Assembly: GCA_030390025.1 (NCBI GenBank)
Contig: CM059438.1
Coordinates: forward strand, 69,380,001 to 69,444,000
Origin: Squalus acanthias
Taxonomy: Eukaryota
Length of the DNA: 64,000 bases
Direction: 5' to 3'
This document shows positions 46,756 to 61,209 of the stretch, piece by piece. Both the position numbers and the translations under genes were made by a program. Within the stretch, counting starts at the first letter, position 1. The number at the start of each line of letters is the position of its first letter. A model generated the notes under the pieces. The model was not told the DNA's origin, did not search any database, and saw only the letters and a program-made list of their open reading frames with translations.

Positions 46756-49067
46756 AGAGAGTTCCCAAGCTGAGCAGTGCTGTCCAGAGTCATAGTGTAC
46801 CAACTCCATAGGTAGAGGCCTGGAAGTAGTTGGTTGCTTGTGCTCTGTGGTAAGGAATGGTGTTGAGCATGAGGGAAGGGAAAGTTTATAGAGGAGCTAC
46901 AGTAGAGGTGGTAGAGCACCAGCACATGGCTCCATGGCAGTGATGAGAATGAGCTTTTATCCCTGATGCTTCTGAGTTCCTGGTCTTGACCAGCTTGTTG
47001 CGGAATGGCACTGAGCGGAAGTTGCACAGGGTGAGAATGACAAGAAATTTGGAGGGCAGTTGATCCTGGATTACTCTCTTGAACCTCAAGCTGCATTAGT
47101 GGGACTAAGGTTGGTTGCCTGTCGCATCAGTTCTAATTCGGATGTAACCTGGGGAATGAAAACAAATGCAAAACAAAGTTGCTTTAGATTTTGTATGTCT
47201 AAATCAACCATTCTCCGGTCCGATACAATGATATAGGATCAAATGTGCTCTGTGCTGTGCAACAGTGTGCCTCAAAAAGATTTTTTTTTACATCACAAAC
47301 GTTGAAAATCTGAAGTAAAATCAGAAAATGCTTGAAAAAATCTTGATGATAATTCATGATGAAGGTTAAAGCCCAAATGAGGAAGACAAATTACCGTTTC
47401 AGTTGGAAACCTTCATCAGAGCAATATGCCTTATCTTGCAAGAGTACTGCTGACTGTACCAGTCTGATGTTTCCATTTAGTGTCCTTCTCAGTAAGATTG
47501 TTGATTAGTGCTTAACTGCAGCAGTTTTATGCTGGGAGCTTGTATGACCATGAGAAAAAAAAGAGATCTTTCTATCACTTTGAGCTACATTTAAATTCAT
47601 GTGCTCGAAATGAAGTAACGGCTTTCTAATCCATTCCGTGACTCAGTCCTCCAAACAATATATATTGTAATGCTTACACCCTGAAATAGTTTCTGCTGTT
47701 GCTAAGCATTGCCTTTAGTGAGCAGCAGAGGAACCTTGGGAGATATGCTTAGCTCTTGTCAATAATTCTGTATTGAGTCCTGCTATTTAAGCAGATTAAA
47801 ATGCTTATACAGTAATTTTCGTCTGTAATGACCCTGTTGGGATTGACTTCAGATGAAACTATGTTAGAGGCCAAAAGAGTCTCTAAACATCAAGTCTGAA
47901 CCTTGACAGTAATTTACTTTCAACCTGATCTTACACGGTCTTCAGAATTAGATTTGCTGTACTTTTCTTTCCTTATATACCGAGCAACACCTTTTAACCT
48001 TAAACTTTCCTCAATGAAAACTGCAAGTGTTCTTTTAGAGACAAGCTCATCATCAACCCCTGCCACCCTGCAGAAATCTCTCGGCTATGTTTCTTGAGTC
48101 CCATCTGTAATAATATCAGCAGAATGCAAGAATGGTTGTTGCAGAGTGGTTAAGGAGGAACTGCGTTCATTGTTATCATCACACAATCCGAGAGAGATCT
48201 GGGCACTCATTGATGCCTCTCAGTTGTCAAACTAACATTTTGTGTAGAGTTCCCCTGCAATAACGTCATGACGTTCCACGCCATTGACACCATAATGAAG
48301 GTTGTGGCAAGCATGTGGAACATGTATTGATGCTCTGTGTCTGCTTGTAAGTCTGTGGCAGCGGGAGAATCGCTTACAGATCTATGGGAGCTGAGGAGGG
48401 GGAGTGATCAATGTAAACCTTGCATATTGGGAGTCCCAAAATAGACCATTCACTTGAGCTTCAAAACCTTAGCACCAGGGCTCCACTTTGCGTAAAGCTT
48501 GTTCACATTGCTCCCTACCAATGATCCAGTTGTGTTCACAAATCATTTGTAATGACTAGGCAGCACAGTCACTACAATGCTAGAAAGTTGCCATCCAGTA
48601 TGAATCCATTATTGTTGAGGCTTGTTGACTCTAAGTTTCTGCTTCTTGGTTTGTAAATACATCCTGTTCAAGCTGCAAGGCAGGTGTGTTAACCAGGAAG
48701 CACTATACAATATGGCAACCCATGTTCCAACTGCCCTGCCCCTCTCATTGATGATTTGTCCTGCATTGTGACAATTTTTCTTTAACCACCGGCTCTGCTG
48801 GAAGAGCCGAAGCATTGAGGAATTGGCAGAGTACTCCCACCTGAATGAAGCTAAAGACAAGACCAGCACCCAGTGTGGATCTCGTGGCCAGAGACAGGTT
48901 GGGTTGTTTGCTGCAGGAAAAGGAGTTGTTCTGGGCGTAACTCAATGGAAATTTAATTGGCTTCACTCTCTATCGTTTATCAATTAAACACATTACATAA
49001 CTCCAGAACTTTTATCAAATAGTCATGTTTTCAAATCGACCTCCTTTACATAATTTGTGGAAACAAT

Positions 49068-49884
49068 GGGGGGTAATTTTAACCCCCAGGAGTGGGTGGA
49101 TTGAGTGCGGATGAGAAGTAAAACATTTTAAAATCTCAAACCCAACCCCAACCCACCCAATTCTGGTTTTAATGGAGGCGGGTCAGGGGGCAGGCAACCA
49201 ATCCGCTTGGTCAGTCGGTAAAATCTTTTAAGGAGGCTGCGCGCCTCTGATTTCACAGGCGTTTTATTTCTTACCCATTTCGGCAGGGTTTCACTGGTCT
49301 TGGGAAACCCAGCAGGTAAAAGGAGGTGAGAAGGTCTGGATCCATAAGGTATATGCATTTACAGCATTGCTTGTGGGCTTGGAGGAGCAGGAGTGTTTCC
49401 TCCCGGCCCAACAAGCTTATCTGCTTCCCTTCCTGCGATCGGCCGACATCCCCCCTCCCCGCTCCCCGCTCCCCCCCCCCCACCCCCGGCGATCTCCTAA
49501 CCCCCTGATCTCCCCCCGACCCCGCCGCTATCTCCCCCTACCTCCACACTCACCTCCCTCCCCCGAACATGATCTTTCCCCCAAGCATGATTCCCCCCCC
49601 CCCGACCATGATATCTCCCCCGACCGCAATCTCTCTGCTCCCCGCCCCCGACCACAATATCTCCCTCCCCCCCCCCCCCCTCCCCAACCCCTGCGATCTC
49701 TCCATCCCTCCTCTCTGCTCCCCAGCTGTGACCTGGTGCTGCAGGCTTTCCCGCCCGACAGGTAGGCAGGCAGCCTGTCAATTAGGCGGGTGAAAAAATT
49801 TAAAAGGCGTCCCCATTTTTCTGGGTTACCCGTCTGAAACTCCTCACCCTGCTCTCTCCCCGTCTTCCTGTAAATATCAGGGCC
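49068..49884 (+). mobile_element. Harbinger-type MITE family C
   Basis: Ends GGGGGGTAATTTTAAC / GTAAATATCAGGGCC, flanked by AAT on both sides. Confidence 0.78.
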
Positions 49885-50170
49885 AATATTTCAGTGAGCG
49901 AGTGGTCAATCTGCAGGCTCCCAAGGGAGACGGTGGAGGCAGTTAGATTCAGTCATTCAAATGAAAATTTGTTCAGGATATAACATTTTGGAGTACAGTG
50001 TATGAGTAATTTGAGAAATGATGTGGTAAGTGTGGCATGCTTGGGAAGAACAGGTGACTTTGGATATATGGTTCCCACTGGGATTTTTGGTGCATCATAG
50101 TCAACAACTGCATTATCATTGTATCATGCGACTACTAGGATGGTAATTCCGATGTTCCTATAATTGCAGC

Positions 50171-50171
<1 letters not shown>

Positions 50172-50240
<69 letters not shown>
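50172..50240. repeat. (TCTG)n(TC)n microsatellite
   Basis: Directly visible. Confidence 0.95.
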
Positions 50241-50242
<2 letters not shown>

Positions 50243-50528
50243 AGTCACTTTCAATTTCAGAGGGTACATTTTTTAAACAGTGTCATACAGGGTATTGAGG
50301 GGGAAAGTTACCCAACAGAGATGTGCTTTCTCCATGCATTGTTCAAGCATGTCTCTCAGGGGGGTTATCTAAACAAGGAGAAACCACGGTGTATTTTTGG
50401 GGGTGTGATATAAGAAAGTGGAATTGGATTGCCTAGTCTAGAAATACCAATCACAATGCACCTTTCATTAACAGCACAGCTTGCTTTAATTGGCTTTATT
50501 GGTCAACCAGATCAGAGTAAGTGACTCA

Positions 50529-52109
50529 GGCCGCGAATTTAATAGCGCTGAGGGGGCAGGTTTGGAGGCGGGTCCGCTGTCAAAATAGCAAAGATTGACA
50601 GCGGGTAGGAAACCCGCTATCAATCCGCCTCTACGCGAGTCTCCCAGGTGTCGGGTCTGTCAGTGGAGAACTGACCCGACGCCAACCGGCGGGGGATACA
50701 ATTCAGCTAGTTAAATGGCTTGTTAAGAGCCAATTTAAGACTATTTTGAGGCTTACTTCTAATTTTACGTTCTCCCCCATGGGTTACCCACTGTTTGGGC
50801 AACACGCCAGCTCAACCTGGTGTGTTTTGAGTCTGCTCTGATTTTTGTGAAAAGCTGACAGCTGCAGAAGTGGTGTAAAGGATGCCATGTTGCAGATGGT
50901 GAGTTTCAGAGGATTGAAAATGTTGGTTACTGCATTTTTAATACATACAGAGATTTCTTTAGCTTACAAGTTTTTAGATCCAACTGTATGTCCAGTGCCA
51001 CCTCACTGGGAGAACCTCTCTCACCATTGACAGGTCGCTTCTGTCATCTCACCTGCAGCTGCCATCTATTGCAGCAACATTGGAGCCATTGAAACAATCA
51101 GACCTTGGTCCTCCGAATCCTTCCACAATCAGCCCCAATACCAACATCACCAGGCACACCAACATCACCAACCTTCTCCGCCATCGCCTGATGCTGTACT
51201 GGACACAGGGCATCAGCCCCTGACAAAATTGCTGCCCGGGAGGCCAGCGATGGCATCACCATGGCCAGATTTTCTTCACTTGATGCTGTAAACCCTGGCT
51301 GGCACATGATGCGCCAGGTTGACACCATCCCATACCAGCACCGTGAGGCATCCCTTAAATCTCCAAGCCGTTCCATGCACACTCATCACTATAGCGCGGG
51401 GGGGGGGGGGCGGGGGGGCGGAAGGTGGAAGTTATGACTGAACAATCACTGGAACTCAGTAAGACACTTCTCAAGGTGTGCTCAGATCTGTCCAATAAGG
51501 GGCACTTTTGAAAAGAGATTTCACTGTATGACAACACATTACCAGAAACTTCACTTGAACATTGGCTAAACCTCTCAAGTGCTTACCCTTGTGTGTTGTT
51601 AGTTGGTATGCTTGCAGTAGGATGAGGGTGAGTGTGAGGGGTGGCTAGTGAGATGGGGAAATGATAAAGTAGATAGAGAGTGTTGGGTGGAGGTGCAAGG
51701 TAAGTTGGTGTCCTGGGGAGGTCTCTTACACCCATGGAAGGGAAGAGAACCTCCCTGCTTCCTGTCATAAGCATATGGAGGGAGTCATTGGAGAGCCTGG
51801 GTGCAAGCGTTCACCTTTGTGCAGTGCTTGTCAGTGTTTGCAGCACCTCAATGCTGTCAAACACTGACAGAACAACTGTCAAACTCCATGTGGACGTGGT
51901 CCCTTTAAGGAAACCAGCTGATGACGCGTCCTCAAATGACGTCATCAGACCCGCTTCTTGTTAATTGGCTGGGAAGCTCGCAGGGTGGGCTTAACAAGGC
52001 CAATCAAGGGAAAATAACGTCTGCAGAGCGGATGCACTTGGGAGCGGGACCGGAACCCGGAAACCAGCTCTCCCACCACCATCCCGCCTCCTCCATTAAA
52101 TTCGTGGCC
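50529..52109. mobile_element. non-autonomous Harbinger element with coding remnants
   Basis: TIRs GGCCGCGAATTTAAT / ATTAAATTCGTGGCC, 3-bp TSD TCA; Myb-like remnant on the minus strand at about 51700-51810. Confidence 0.82.
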
Positions 52110-53342
52110 TCAGTTTTTGTGCCTATGGATAAAATATATTATACATTTTAATTCCCCAGTTTACATGAACATGGCCAGTAGGAGGGTTACTGTGAACTAA
52201 TTTGAACTATTCCCCAAATTATAATTGTGCTGCTGGGTGCTTTTTTGCACTACGAGAATCTGACCACCGTTACATTTAACTGAAATCCCAGTGAAAAGCA
52301 CTGGAGCATTCCTTGATTTTTGGCCTGGAGATTCCGTTTTAATCGTGAGTATTTTTGTTTCAGGGACTAAATATGCCATTGCAATGACATTTAATTGACT
52401 GCTCTGTGTCTTTCACAGTTCAAGGAGGCACAGTAGAAAACTCCACACATTGGCCACTATGCTTTACTGTCATTCCGTTGTACATTCGCAACAACTTTTC
52501 CACTCGGGTAAATGACTGGAGGAAAATGTACCCAATTAGACAAATTGGGTCAAGGTCAAAAGGAAAGTAGATCTTATAGAAAGCATTTCAATATTTTAGT
52601 AAGTTGTTCCAGAATTAAACATTCAGTCTCAAACTCTTACCTAAATTAACATCTGGAGAAAAGGATGGGGATTCTACACTGCCTTGCAGTGGTGTATTTT
52701 ACATGTTTACAGTGCGGTTTGTAGAATTTCAGTAAAGTGTCAAGATGGGGGTAGACAATTTCTGTCCCACGCCTCTTCGAATTGTAAATTCAATCTCTTT
52801 GCCATGGTATATGAAACAAAATTATTGACTGTGTTACCACTAAGAGTTAAGGAATGTTCCAGTGCTTTCACTCAGATTTGAGTAGAGTGTAATGGATACG
52901 AGATTTTCATAGTATGAAAAGTCCTCAGCGGCACAGTTTTAGATAGTGCCCTTCCAAACTTGGGTCATGTGGCTGGAGAGAGCAGTTTGAACTGGAAACA
53001 CTGAAGTGAAGTACTGGTGGCTACAAGTGTGTCAGTGGTGATTGTGGTGAGAGAAATCTTCATAGAATTTACCACATAGAAACAGGCCTTTTGGACAACA
53101 GGTCTATGGTGCGTATGCGCCACAAGAGCCTCCTCCCACCTTACTCCATCACGCCCTGTCAGTGATTGGTTCAGGAGGACTCCTTATCTAGCTTTCCCTT
53201 AAATGCATCTATCTGTGGTGATGAATTAGGATCTTTTGTATTGGACTTAACGCAGTGGGCTCTCTCTATTTTTAATTGGTTCTTTACTTTTCCTACTGCA
53301 CCTGTGGACAATGCCCCCTGAATACCTTATCTGTTCTTCGCA

Positions 53343-53680
53343 TAGGGATGTCACCTCTGGTTGAATGTATTCTGTGAGGTTTTATCACATGACCTCTGCC
53401 TCCAACAGCCTCCCCCCCAACATTCCCGCCATTGGTCGCCTGACACATCCATCCTCACAGTGCACCCCTTCCCTCACCAATTGGAAAGAGAAAAGGCTCT
53501 TGGACATCTGATTGGATAATCCGTGACTGTCCATCAAACAGTCTATTTTCCCCATCTCTGATTTTTTTTTTTGCGCGCTGTAAAAAAGTACGATTTTTCT
53601 CCTGGGTTGCTCACAGCAGTGTCGGGGAGATTGATCTTTAGTTCTTGGAGATATTCAGACAACCCAGGAGGCTTGGCAAT
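53343..53680 (-). mobile_element. hAT (Blackjack-like) MITE
   Basis: Reverse-complement similarity to 29935-30270 (CTCCTGGGTTG...GCAGTGTC..GGAGATT). Confidence 0.55.
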
Positions 53681-55781
53681 CTTTTCTTCGAGGAGTGACA
53701 GAATAACATGAAGAACAAAGATCAGTAGAAAAAAATCGATGCCAAGTCTGGATCATTTACCAAGTATTTGACATCCGACAACTGGGCTTCTGTTTGGCTG
53801 CTCTGGTACTGGTTTGGTGTTGCGGCCAATCAATGAGAAGATCTCGCTAGGCTGGTGGGCGCTCGAGAGAGAGAGAGGCTGGTGGCTGGGGAAACTTCCA
53901 CCAGCCGTGGCAAACATGGCGAGCTCATTTTGGAAAAAAAATATCCTAGTTCTTAGTTCTAATGAAAGATGTGCATCTAAAACATGAACTTGTCTTTTCC
54001 CTTTTACAGGTGTTGACTGACCTGTTTATTTCCAGCATTTTCTGCATTGAATTAAAATTGTTTTGGAGTTGTTGCTGGGCAGGTGAGACCCGTGCCTCGG
54101 GTGCCAGTGACAAAAGCCCGTCACGACAACCAATATAAAATCAGCTTCCTTTTAACTGTGTTTTGTTTTCAGTGATGCAGCTTCCTTTTGCTGTGATTGT
54201 TCATTTTCACCAGTGCCAATAAATTACATTTATAATTTAACATGTAGTATATATCTCATCATTTAACAAATAATATATTTGAATAAGTGCTTTTTTTCTA
54301 GGAGTGTTAACTAGCAGGAATGAAATGATCAATAATTTGCTTTAAAATTGGCATTCCCACACCTTTCCAATTTATTTCAAATAAATCTTGTTTCATAGTA
54401 AATACTAGTTTCTGTGTACCAAGTTACTTCTGATGGATGCTCAGCAATACTAATGAGTGTCAGAAGTAGTGGGACGTTGTTTTACGTTAAAGGGGCAAGT
54501 TGTACCAGGCACAATATTCAACTAATTCACCCACAATAGCACAACCCCAGACGACAGATCACCATTCTTGAGTTGCTATATTCACAGGATTTTTGCTTTG
54601 ACATAATCGTGTTGTTTTCCACCTCATGCTTGTCACACAACTAAGTATTAAAATGAATTCACAAATCGTAGAGCTGCTGGACTATTTCCAGCGATGATGC
54701 TTTTGACCATGTTGTTTGGCTGATGCCTTCTGGCCATAAAGTAACATGTCTTTTTCTCCTGAAGTGAAAAGTGTACTTCATTAATATTAACTGGAAAGTT
54801 GCTGAATAAATGGGAGGTGTGGACACTTACTTTGGAAATCCATGCACCTGGCACTTTAATCCTTGCAGTCACAATCATATTTCAGCTCTGAATCAAAAAT
54901 CCTGACTGCTTGATCCAAGTCTCCAAATACTGTGGGGTAAAACATGTCCAATTGTTAGCACCAGGGTTTAGTATGGGGTAATGATGGATAAGTGAGATTT
55001 TCATGCTGTGCAATGAAAAACACCCAGCAACACAGTCTGATTTTGTTCTTCCAGATGTGATTGTGTACGAGGGTGAAGTACTGATGGGTACAGGTCTGTC
55101 CCGAATGATGAAAGCAATCTCAAATGATGAATGAACAGGATCACATAGGAAGTGTTCTGGCACATTACAAAGTGTACTGTTTTTAAGTAGAGGTTTGATG
55201 GTGGTGTGTGACCTTATACCAACACACGGGAGTCAGCTGACTGACAACACTGCTACAGCTCCCTAATTGTAGGGACTTGATATTTCACTTGAAGGGAAGG
55301 AACATGAGCAGGTGAGTCAGCCTGGGTCACTGTCATGCATCTTCAAATGCCTTTAGTGAACGTCTAGGGTCCAGAGCTGCTGTCCACAGTAGATAACGGT
55401 TCTCATTGCTCTCTCTGCCTGTCTGTATTTTAAACCAATTTCCCCTTCGAGATTATCACTATTTATTACAAATGTCAGAAAATGCCTCTAGTTTCCAGTT
55501 GTGGTATGAAAACACTTGTAGAGGGTACAGGTTAGTTTCTTGTTAGAAGCGAGGGAAAGCAAAAATATTGCCTGACATGTTCAAGATCATCAGTTTTCCG
55601 AACCACGCTCCTGACTAGGGGTTGAAATTCTCTCTTAACACGCGAACATTTCTCCGTAATTTATGCATCGATAAAATTGCATTTTTGGAAATCACGTTTG
55701 AAAGCTGCATATTCCCACAACTTAGTTTGCAAGTTGTTAAAAGAGGAATTTAAACCATGGTGTTTGTTTAATGGAAATAAA

Positions 55782-55814
55782 TTGCACTGCCAGTTTCCCA
55801 CTAGGTGGAGTGCT
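55782..55814 (+). promoter_or_regulatory. candidate CTCF site with upstream module
   Basis: TTGCACTGCC-AGTTT-CCCACTAGGTGGAGTGC: a CCASYAGRKGG core plus a TGCA.T.CC upstream motif at the expected spacing. Confidence 0.45.
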
Positions 55815-56040
55815 AGCTTGTGTGGTGTTTGGAGTCGGTTCCTGTTTGCTTCACATTTATTGTTTGAATAAAATTAGTTATTGTTAGTTAAAAGTCAGTC
55901 TGTGTGCTGGATTCCTAGCCAGGGACAGGTGGAAATTTAAATCCCAATCTCAGCTGGCCTTCGGCTTACCTCCTGCCCTCATTGCTTCGTTCTGGGTCAG
56001 GTTGCTACACTGAAGTACTGGTCTAAGTATTGCCACTTAA

Positions 56041-56480
56041 AAATAAAGACTTGCATTTCTATAGCGCCTTTCATGACCTCAGGACATCCCAAAGCCTTTT
56101 ACAGCCAATGAAGTACTTTTGAGGTGTCGTGACTGTTGTAATAGAGGCAATGTGGCAGCCAATTTGCACACAGCAAGGTTCCACAAACAGTAAGTGATAA
56201 TGACCAGTTAATTTGTTTTAGTGTTGTTGGTTGTGGGATAAATATTGGCCAGGACACTGGGGACAACTTCCCTGCTCTTCTTCAAAATAGTGCCATGGGA
56301 TCTTTTACATCCATCTGAGAGGGCAGACAGGGCCTCAGTTTAACGTTTCATCCGAAAGACGGCACTTCCTCAGTACTGCACTAAAATGCCAGCCTAGAGT
56401 TTGTGCGCAAGTCTCTGGAGTGGTCTTGAACCCACAACCTTCTGCCTCAGAGATGAGAGTGCTACCACTGAGCTACGGCT
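56041..56480 (-). mobile_element. Deu-domain SINE (SacSINE1-like)
   Basis: Full head-to-tail match to the other copies. Confidence 0.88.
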
Positions 56481-57480
56481 ACCATTTAATAAAATAAATA
56501 TGACTTCTAAGTGTTAGTGTCGTGTGGCGAGGGTGCAGAAATGTCTGCATGCTGCGAGAATTTTGTAACATGCACTCCTTGTAGTTTACAATAAGGCTGT
56601 TTATCTCGAGCATCAGGAATCTAACTTCACCTTAGTTTGCAAGAGCTTCATCTCGATTTCCCTTTCACTCCACGCTGTTGCCATAATAGGTGTCATGAAT
56701 TTAGGTCTGCTGCAGATTCCTTCTTGGATTTAGTGGCGTTGGTCATTCCCATAAGCGGTCTGTTTGTCTTAGATTCACGAAAGTTGACTCACACTGCCCG
56801 TGTCTACTTGTGCGGTAGTGGGCTCCAGGAGAGTAATAGTAGAAGCCCCTTGTGTTCTGAACCGGATATCCATGTCTTTAGCTTTTGTTTCTTCAACGTC
56901 TCTGAAGGCGGACCGAGTTAACACTTGATGTGGTGAAGTTAGATTTGAATGGAAAACTGCTTTATTCCATGGTAAGGTGAACAGGTATGATTTAGAGTCG
57001 GTTTGTTTAATCAGTACAACTTACCTTTGCGTATTGATACAAAATAAAGAACACACTACCATTTTAGTGGGTTGTCTTATTCAATTTAAACAGTATAGCC
57101 CCTTTGCATTCTGTCTCACAGTCCTGAGCCAGGATCTCTTCTCAACCTTTTGCTGCCTAACCAGCTACCCATGCAGCATCCTCTTTCCCAAATGCCAGAC
57201 TGCCTTTTTGCTGTCTACATTCTGATTTTTAAAAGCCTCTGTAATTGTGTCAGAAGCCTGTCCCCCCTCTCAAACCAACAGAGATCCAAGGGCTTCCCAC
57301 CACATCGGTGAGCGGTGTCTTTCCGAATACCAAGACAAAGTAATGAATCATTTATTGTTAGGTGTCCCGGAGAAGCATATTAATCATCTTTTGTCTAGGT
57401 GCCTCTTTTTTTAATTCATGAGAATACACATTGCTTTTAAGAACCCCAGCATTAAAAATAAATCTTAAATCCTTTCTGTA

Positions 57481-57976
57481 AGAAAAAAAAGAAAGACTTG
57501 TATTTACATAGCGCTTTTCACGACTACCGGACGTCTCAAAGCGCTTTACTGTCAATGAAGTACTTTTGAAGTGGAGTTGCTGTTATAATGTGGGAAACAC
57601 AGCAGCCAATTTGCACATAGCAAGGTCCCACAAACTGCAATGTGAGAACGACCAGATAATCTGTTTTTGTTATGTTGGTTGAGGGATAAATATTGGCCAG
57701 GACACCGGGGATAACTCCCCTACTCTTCTTCGAAATAGTGCCATGGGATCTTTTACGTCCACCTGAGAGAGCAGACGGGGTCTCAGTTTAACGTCTCATC
57801 CGAAAGACGGCACTTCCGATAGTGCAGCACTCCCTCAGCACTGCACTGGAGTGTCATCCTAGCTTTATGTGCTCAAGTTCCTGGAGTGGGACTATTAACC
57901 CACAACCTTCTGACTTTGAACTCACAACCTTCTGACTCTGAGGCGAGTGTGCTACCAACTGAGCCACAGCTGACAC
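57481..57976 (-). mobile_element. Deu-domain SINE (SacSINE1-like), full length, with a small internal duplication in the tRNA head
   Basis: Minus strand begins GTGTCAGCTGTGGCTCAGTTGGTAGCAC (A box); CACAACCTTCTGACT occurs twice in 57901-57938. Confidence 0.9.
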
Positions 57977-57979
57977 TAA

Positions 57980-58581
57980 GGGCTCGATTTTGCCAGGCCC
58001 GAGGAGGCGGGAATGGAGGCGTGTGGGGTGTTAAAATTGCAAAAAATGGCAGGCGGACCCGACCCCGCCTCCATGCAATTTTCCCAAATGTGTGGTTTCT
58101 GATCCCGCCTCCAAGAGGCGGGCTAGGCCCTTAACAACCACTTAATTGCCTCTATAATCCCATTTTGAGAGGCCTTTCTGATTTTAACACTTTTCGGACG
58201 TGATGCACGCCTCCTCTGAAACATGACGGTGAAACCTGGCGGTAGCACACTTGGATTGCTGACTATCGGTTGCAGGTCCACCATTAGGAAGGGGATCATC
58301 ATTCCTCCTCCTCCTCCTCCTCCTCCTCCTCCTCCTCTCCCCCACCTCCTCCTCCTCTCCCCCACCTCCTCCTCCTCCTCTCCCCCACAGCAAAGGCCAA
58401 AAGCTTCCCAGTCATTGCAGACATTAAATGCAGCAGCAATGATGACATCGTCAGAGGTGACTTTCAGACTGAAAACACTAGGGGAAAATCCAATAATTCT
58501 CCCACACCCAATTGGAGTCGTGTGGCTAACACAAAAAGTGGATGACACGACCCCAGCACGCCCCATGACAAAATCCAGTCC
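57980..58581. mobile_element. Harbinger-type MITE with an internal (CCT)n tract
   Basis: TIRs GGGCTCGATTTTGCCA / TGACAAAATCCAGTCC, TSD TAA; (CCT)n at 58303-58385. Confidence 0.78.
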
Positions 58582-58742
58582 TAAGTGTGTTTCCATGCCA
58601 CTGTTGCACCATGCACACAATTTTAAAACAACTAAATAGACTTAGCAACAGAGAGTTCCACTCCACAATATTCTGCAAATTCTTTGCAAGAAATTAAGGA
58701 AAATCTCCTTGATCTTTGTCACAATCTTTCATTATCCAAATC
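58582..58742 (+). repeat. 161-bp dispersed direct repeat, copy 2
   Basis: Near-identical to 40695-40855. Confidence 0.9.
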
Positions 58743-59719
58743 AGCCACCCGCGGTCACGTGAATCCAGCGTTAATCGTCTGGCCTGCAATGACCAGCAGT
58801 CAGTTGAAGCCTAACCCGGGTCTGTTTATTCTGCTGCAGCAGCAGCAATTACTTTAAATTACTTCAAGTTGATCTGCCTTTGGTACACAAGACCTGTGAC
58901 CAGCAGTCAATTGAAGCCACACTGGTGTGTCCTGCTCTTCTGCAGAAATGAGAAAATTGAAGACAGCAGTGACCAGCTGTCAATTGCAGCCAATTAAGAA
59001 GTAAGAGCAAGAGCATTAAACCAGTCAGTTGATCTGCCCTGTTTAAAAAGTTGAAGAATGGCTCATTTCCTGGCAATCCCACTCCTCTTTGTGATGCTGG
59101 AGGATGCTGTTCCAGTCACAAATTGATTACGATTGATTATGTTGCTTGACTGCGCTGATTTGTGGAAGATTTTACATTCGGGCTTATGCTAATGAGTTTG
59201 CGCAGAAATTTCAGGGTAACGTCACCTCGGCAAAAGCGGCGCAGTGTCGGATGCATCCTGGGTGCATTTTGCCCGATTGTGTCCCTGGCGGAAACTCCAC
59301 GTCAAGCTGTTGATGGAAATCACAATGAACTCATCATTGGAGAGGGTCACAACCCTGTTATCAACAATTCATCTACCGTTAGATTTCATCTAATCCATAT
59401 CTATACTTCCCTCTGACTGCCTAACCATTGCGTGCTGAGGCTTGATGAATTCGTCAGTGTGAACAAGCCTCTGTGCTACTCAGGGGAACAACAAGCACAA
59501 TAGAGCTTGAGGAACTGCATACCCTGCAGTGCTACCAATTAACGGGGGCTTCGAAGGACCTGCTTGATGAGAGGCTGCTGACAGAACCTGCAACTGGAGA
59601 TATGTGAAAACTGTCCCGGTAAAAATGACTGGGACAGTCGGCGCCTATTAACAATAACAACAACTTGCGTTTATATAGTGCCTTTAATGTCTTCAATGTC
59701 TTGGGTTTTCTGGCTACCG

Positions 59720-60012
59720 ATCCTCCCGCCAGTGGAAACAGTTTCTCCCTATCTAAAACTCCTCAGAATTTTGAGCATCTTTACTAAATCTCGCTTTAAC
59801 CTCTGCTGTACAGAGAACAATCCTAGCTTCTCTAGTCTCTCCACATAAATGAAGTCCCTCATCCCTGGTACTAATCCGCCAGTAAACCTCCTCTGCACCC
59901 TCTCCAAGGGCTTGAGGTCTTTCCTAATGTGTGATGCCCAGAATTGGACACAGTACTCTAGCTGAGGCCTAACCAGTGATTTATAAAAGCTTACCATAAT
60001 TTACTTGCTTTT
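59720..60012 (-). mobile_element. CR1 LINE fragment
   Basis: FYKSLVRPQLEYCVQFWAS...LERVQRRFT...LEKLGLFS. Confidence 0.85.
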
Positions 60013-61209
60013 TGCATATAGATTGAAGATACCATTTAAAGCTGCTGCACTGCATCCTCAATCCAGCTGGTTCCTCATTACATTGACTGTCCAGGATGAG
60101 GTACAAAAAGTGAGATGTGGTTCTGAATGTTGATATCTGTTCCTGTTTCTTGCAGCCTTGGGGAATTGGGGTCAAGTGATGTGCCGGGCAAGTGCTAGGA
60201 TTAAGACAGATTCATTTTCCCAGCTGCCTGAGTCGGCACTAAAATAGAAATGGCAGGACTGATAGAAAATTAGGACCAACTCCTTCAGTACTGTTACTTT
60301 TAAAATTGTAAAATAAATTACACAATCTCTCCAGTCTAATTATGTGCAGAGCAAATGGGTTCCAAATGCCTGGGAGAAACCCAATGTGGCATGGGGAACT
60401 ATCATCTGAAAACAGGAATAAAGGTTCCCCCCTTCCTAGCTCGAGAACAGTGCTGTGTCTCACATTGGGACACCCCAGACGGGCTCAGCTGAGATCAGAA
60501 ACTCTCCACTTGGGTAGCAATGGAAAGACTCTGAGGTTGCTTAGCAATTCAGTCAACTCATGACAAGTTTTGGAAATCTGACATTAATAAACCAAGTTTT
60601 AAAGGAGCATTGTCACCAGTAAAAGGTTTTGGTCAAACCTTTTTCTTCAGGACATGATACAATGGTGTAATTTGTGCCAAGAAAACATTGTTACGATGAC
60701 ACTTGCTCCTTTTGGCTCTGCTTTTTCTTCAAACCATAAACAATCCTCTTAGACAATTGGTTTCTAATAACTGGATGTTGCTGAAGAGCTAAGGGCATCA
60801 GGTGATAGAGAGGCAGGAATGTCTGATCTTTTTCTTCCATTACTGTTTGTTGAAGAAAATGTCAAACTGTAAAGCTGTCAAGTTTCAAAAATGAATTTTG
60901 GTGAGATTACTGGACACTGTGACCCCATCCCAAGCAAACCTCAAATTTATTTTGAGGAATGTAGTGCTGAATTTGCCTTTCATATGGTTTCAGAGTGTCG
61001 CGAGTCTGGAACTTGCGGAATTTCGTACATTTTGTATATATAGTAAAAAAAAATACAAAGACAGCACATCTAACAAAACAGTGGCTGATTTGTAAATGGG
61101 GGAACTGATTTGGGGTATATTCAATGAGATAAAAGGAATGAGATCCACTTGGAAAATAGTCAGTTTTGAGACTTCTAGGAATTACATGTGTCATACTTGT
61201 GTTAACAGT

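Noticed and set aside
55371..55397. Possible REST/NRSE site on the minus strand
   Set aside because: Only the GGACAGC half matches; the TCAGCACC half is poor.
57890..57976. tRNA-like sequence with A/B boxes
   Set aside because: It is the head of a SINE, not a tRNA gene.
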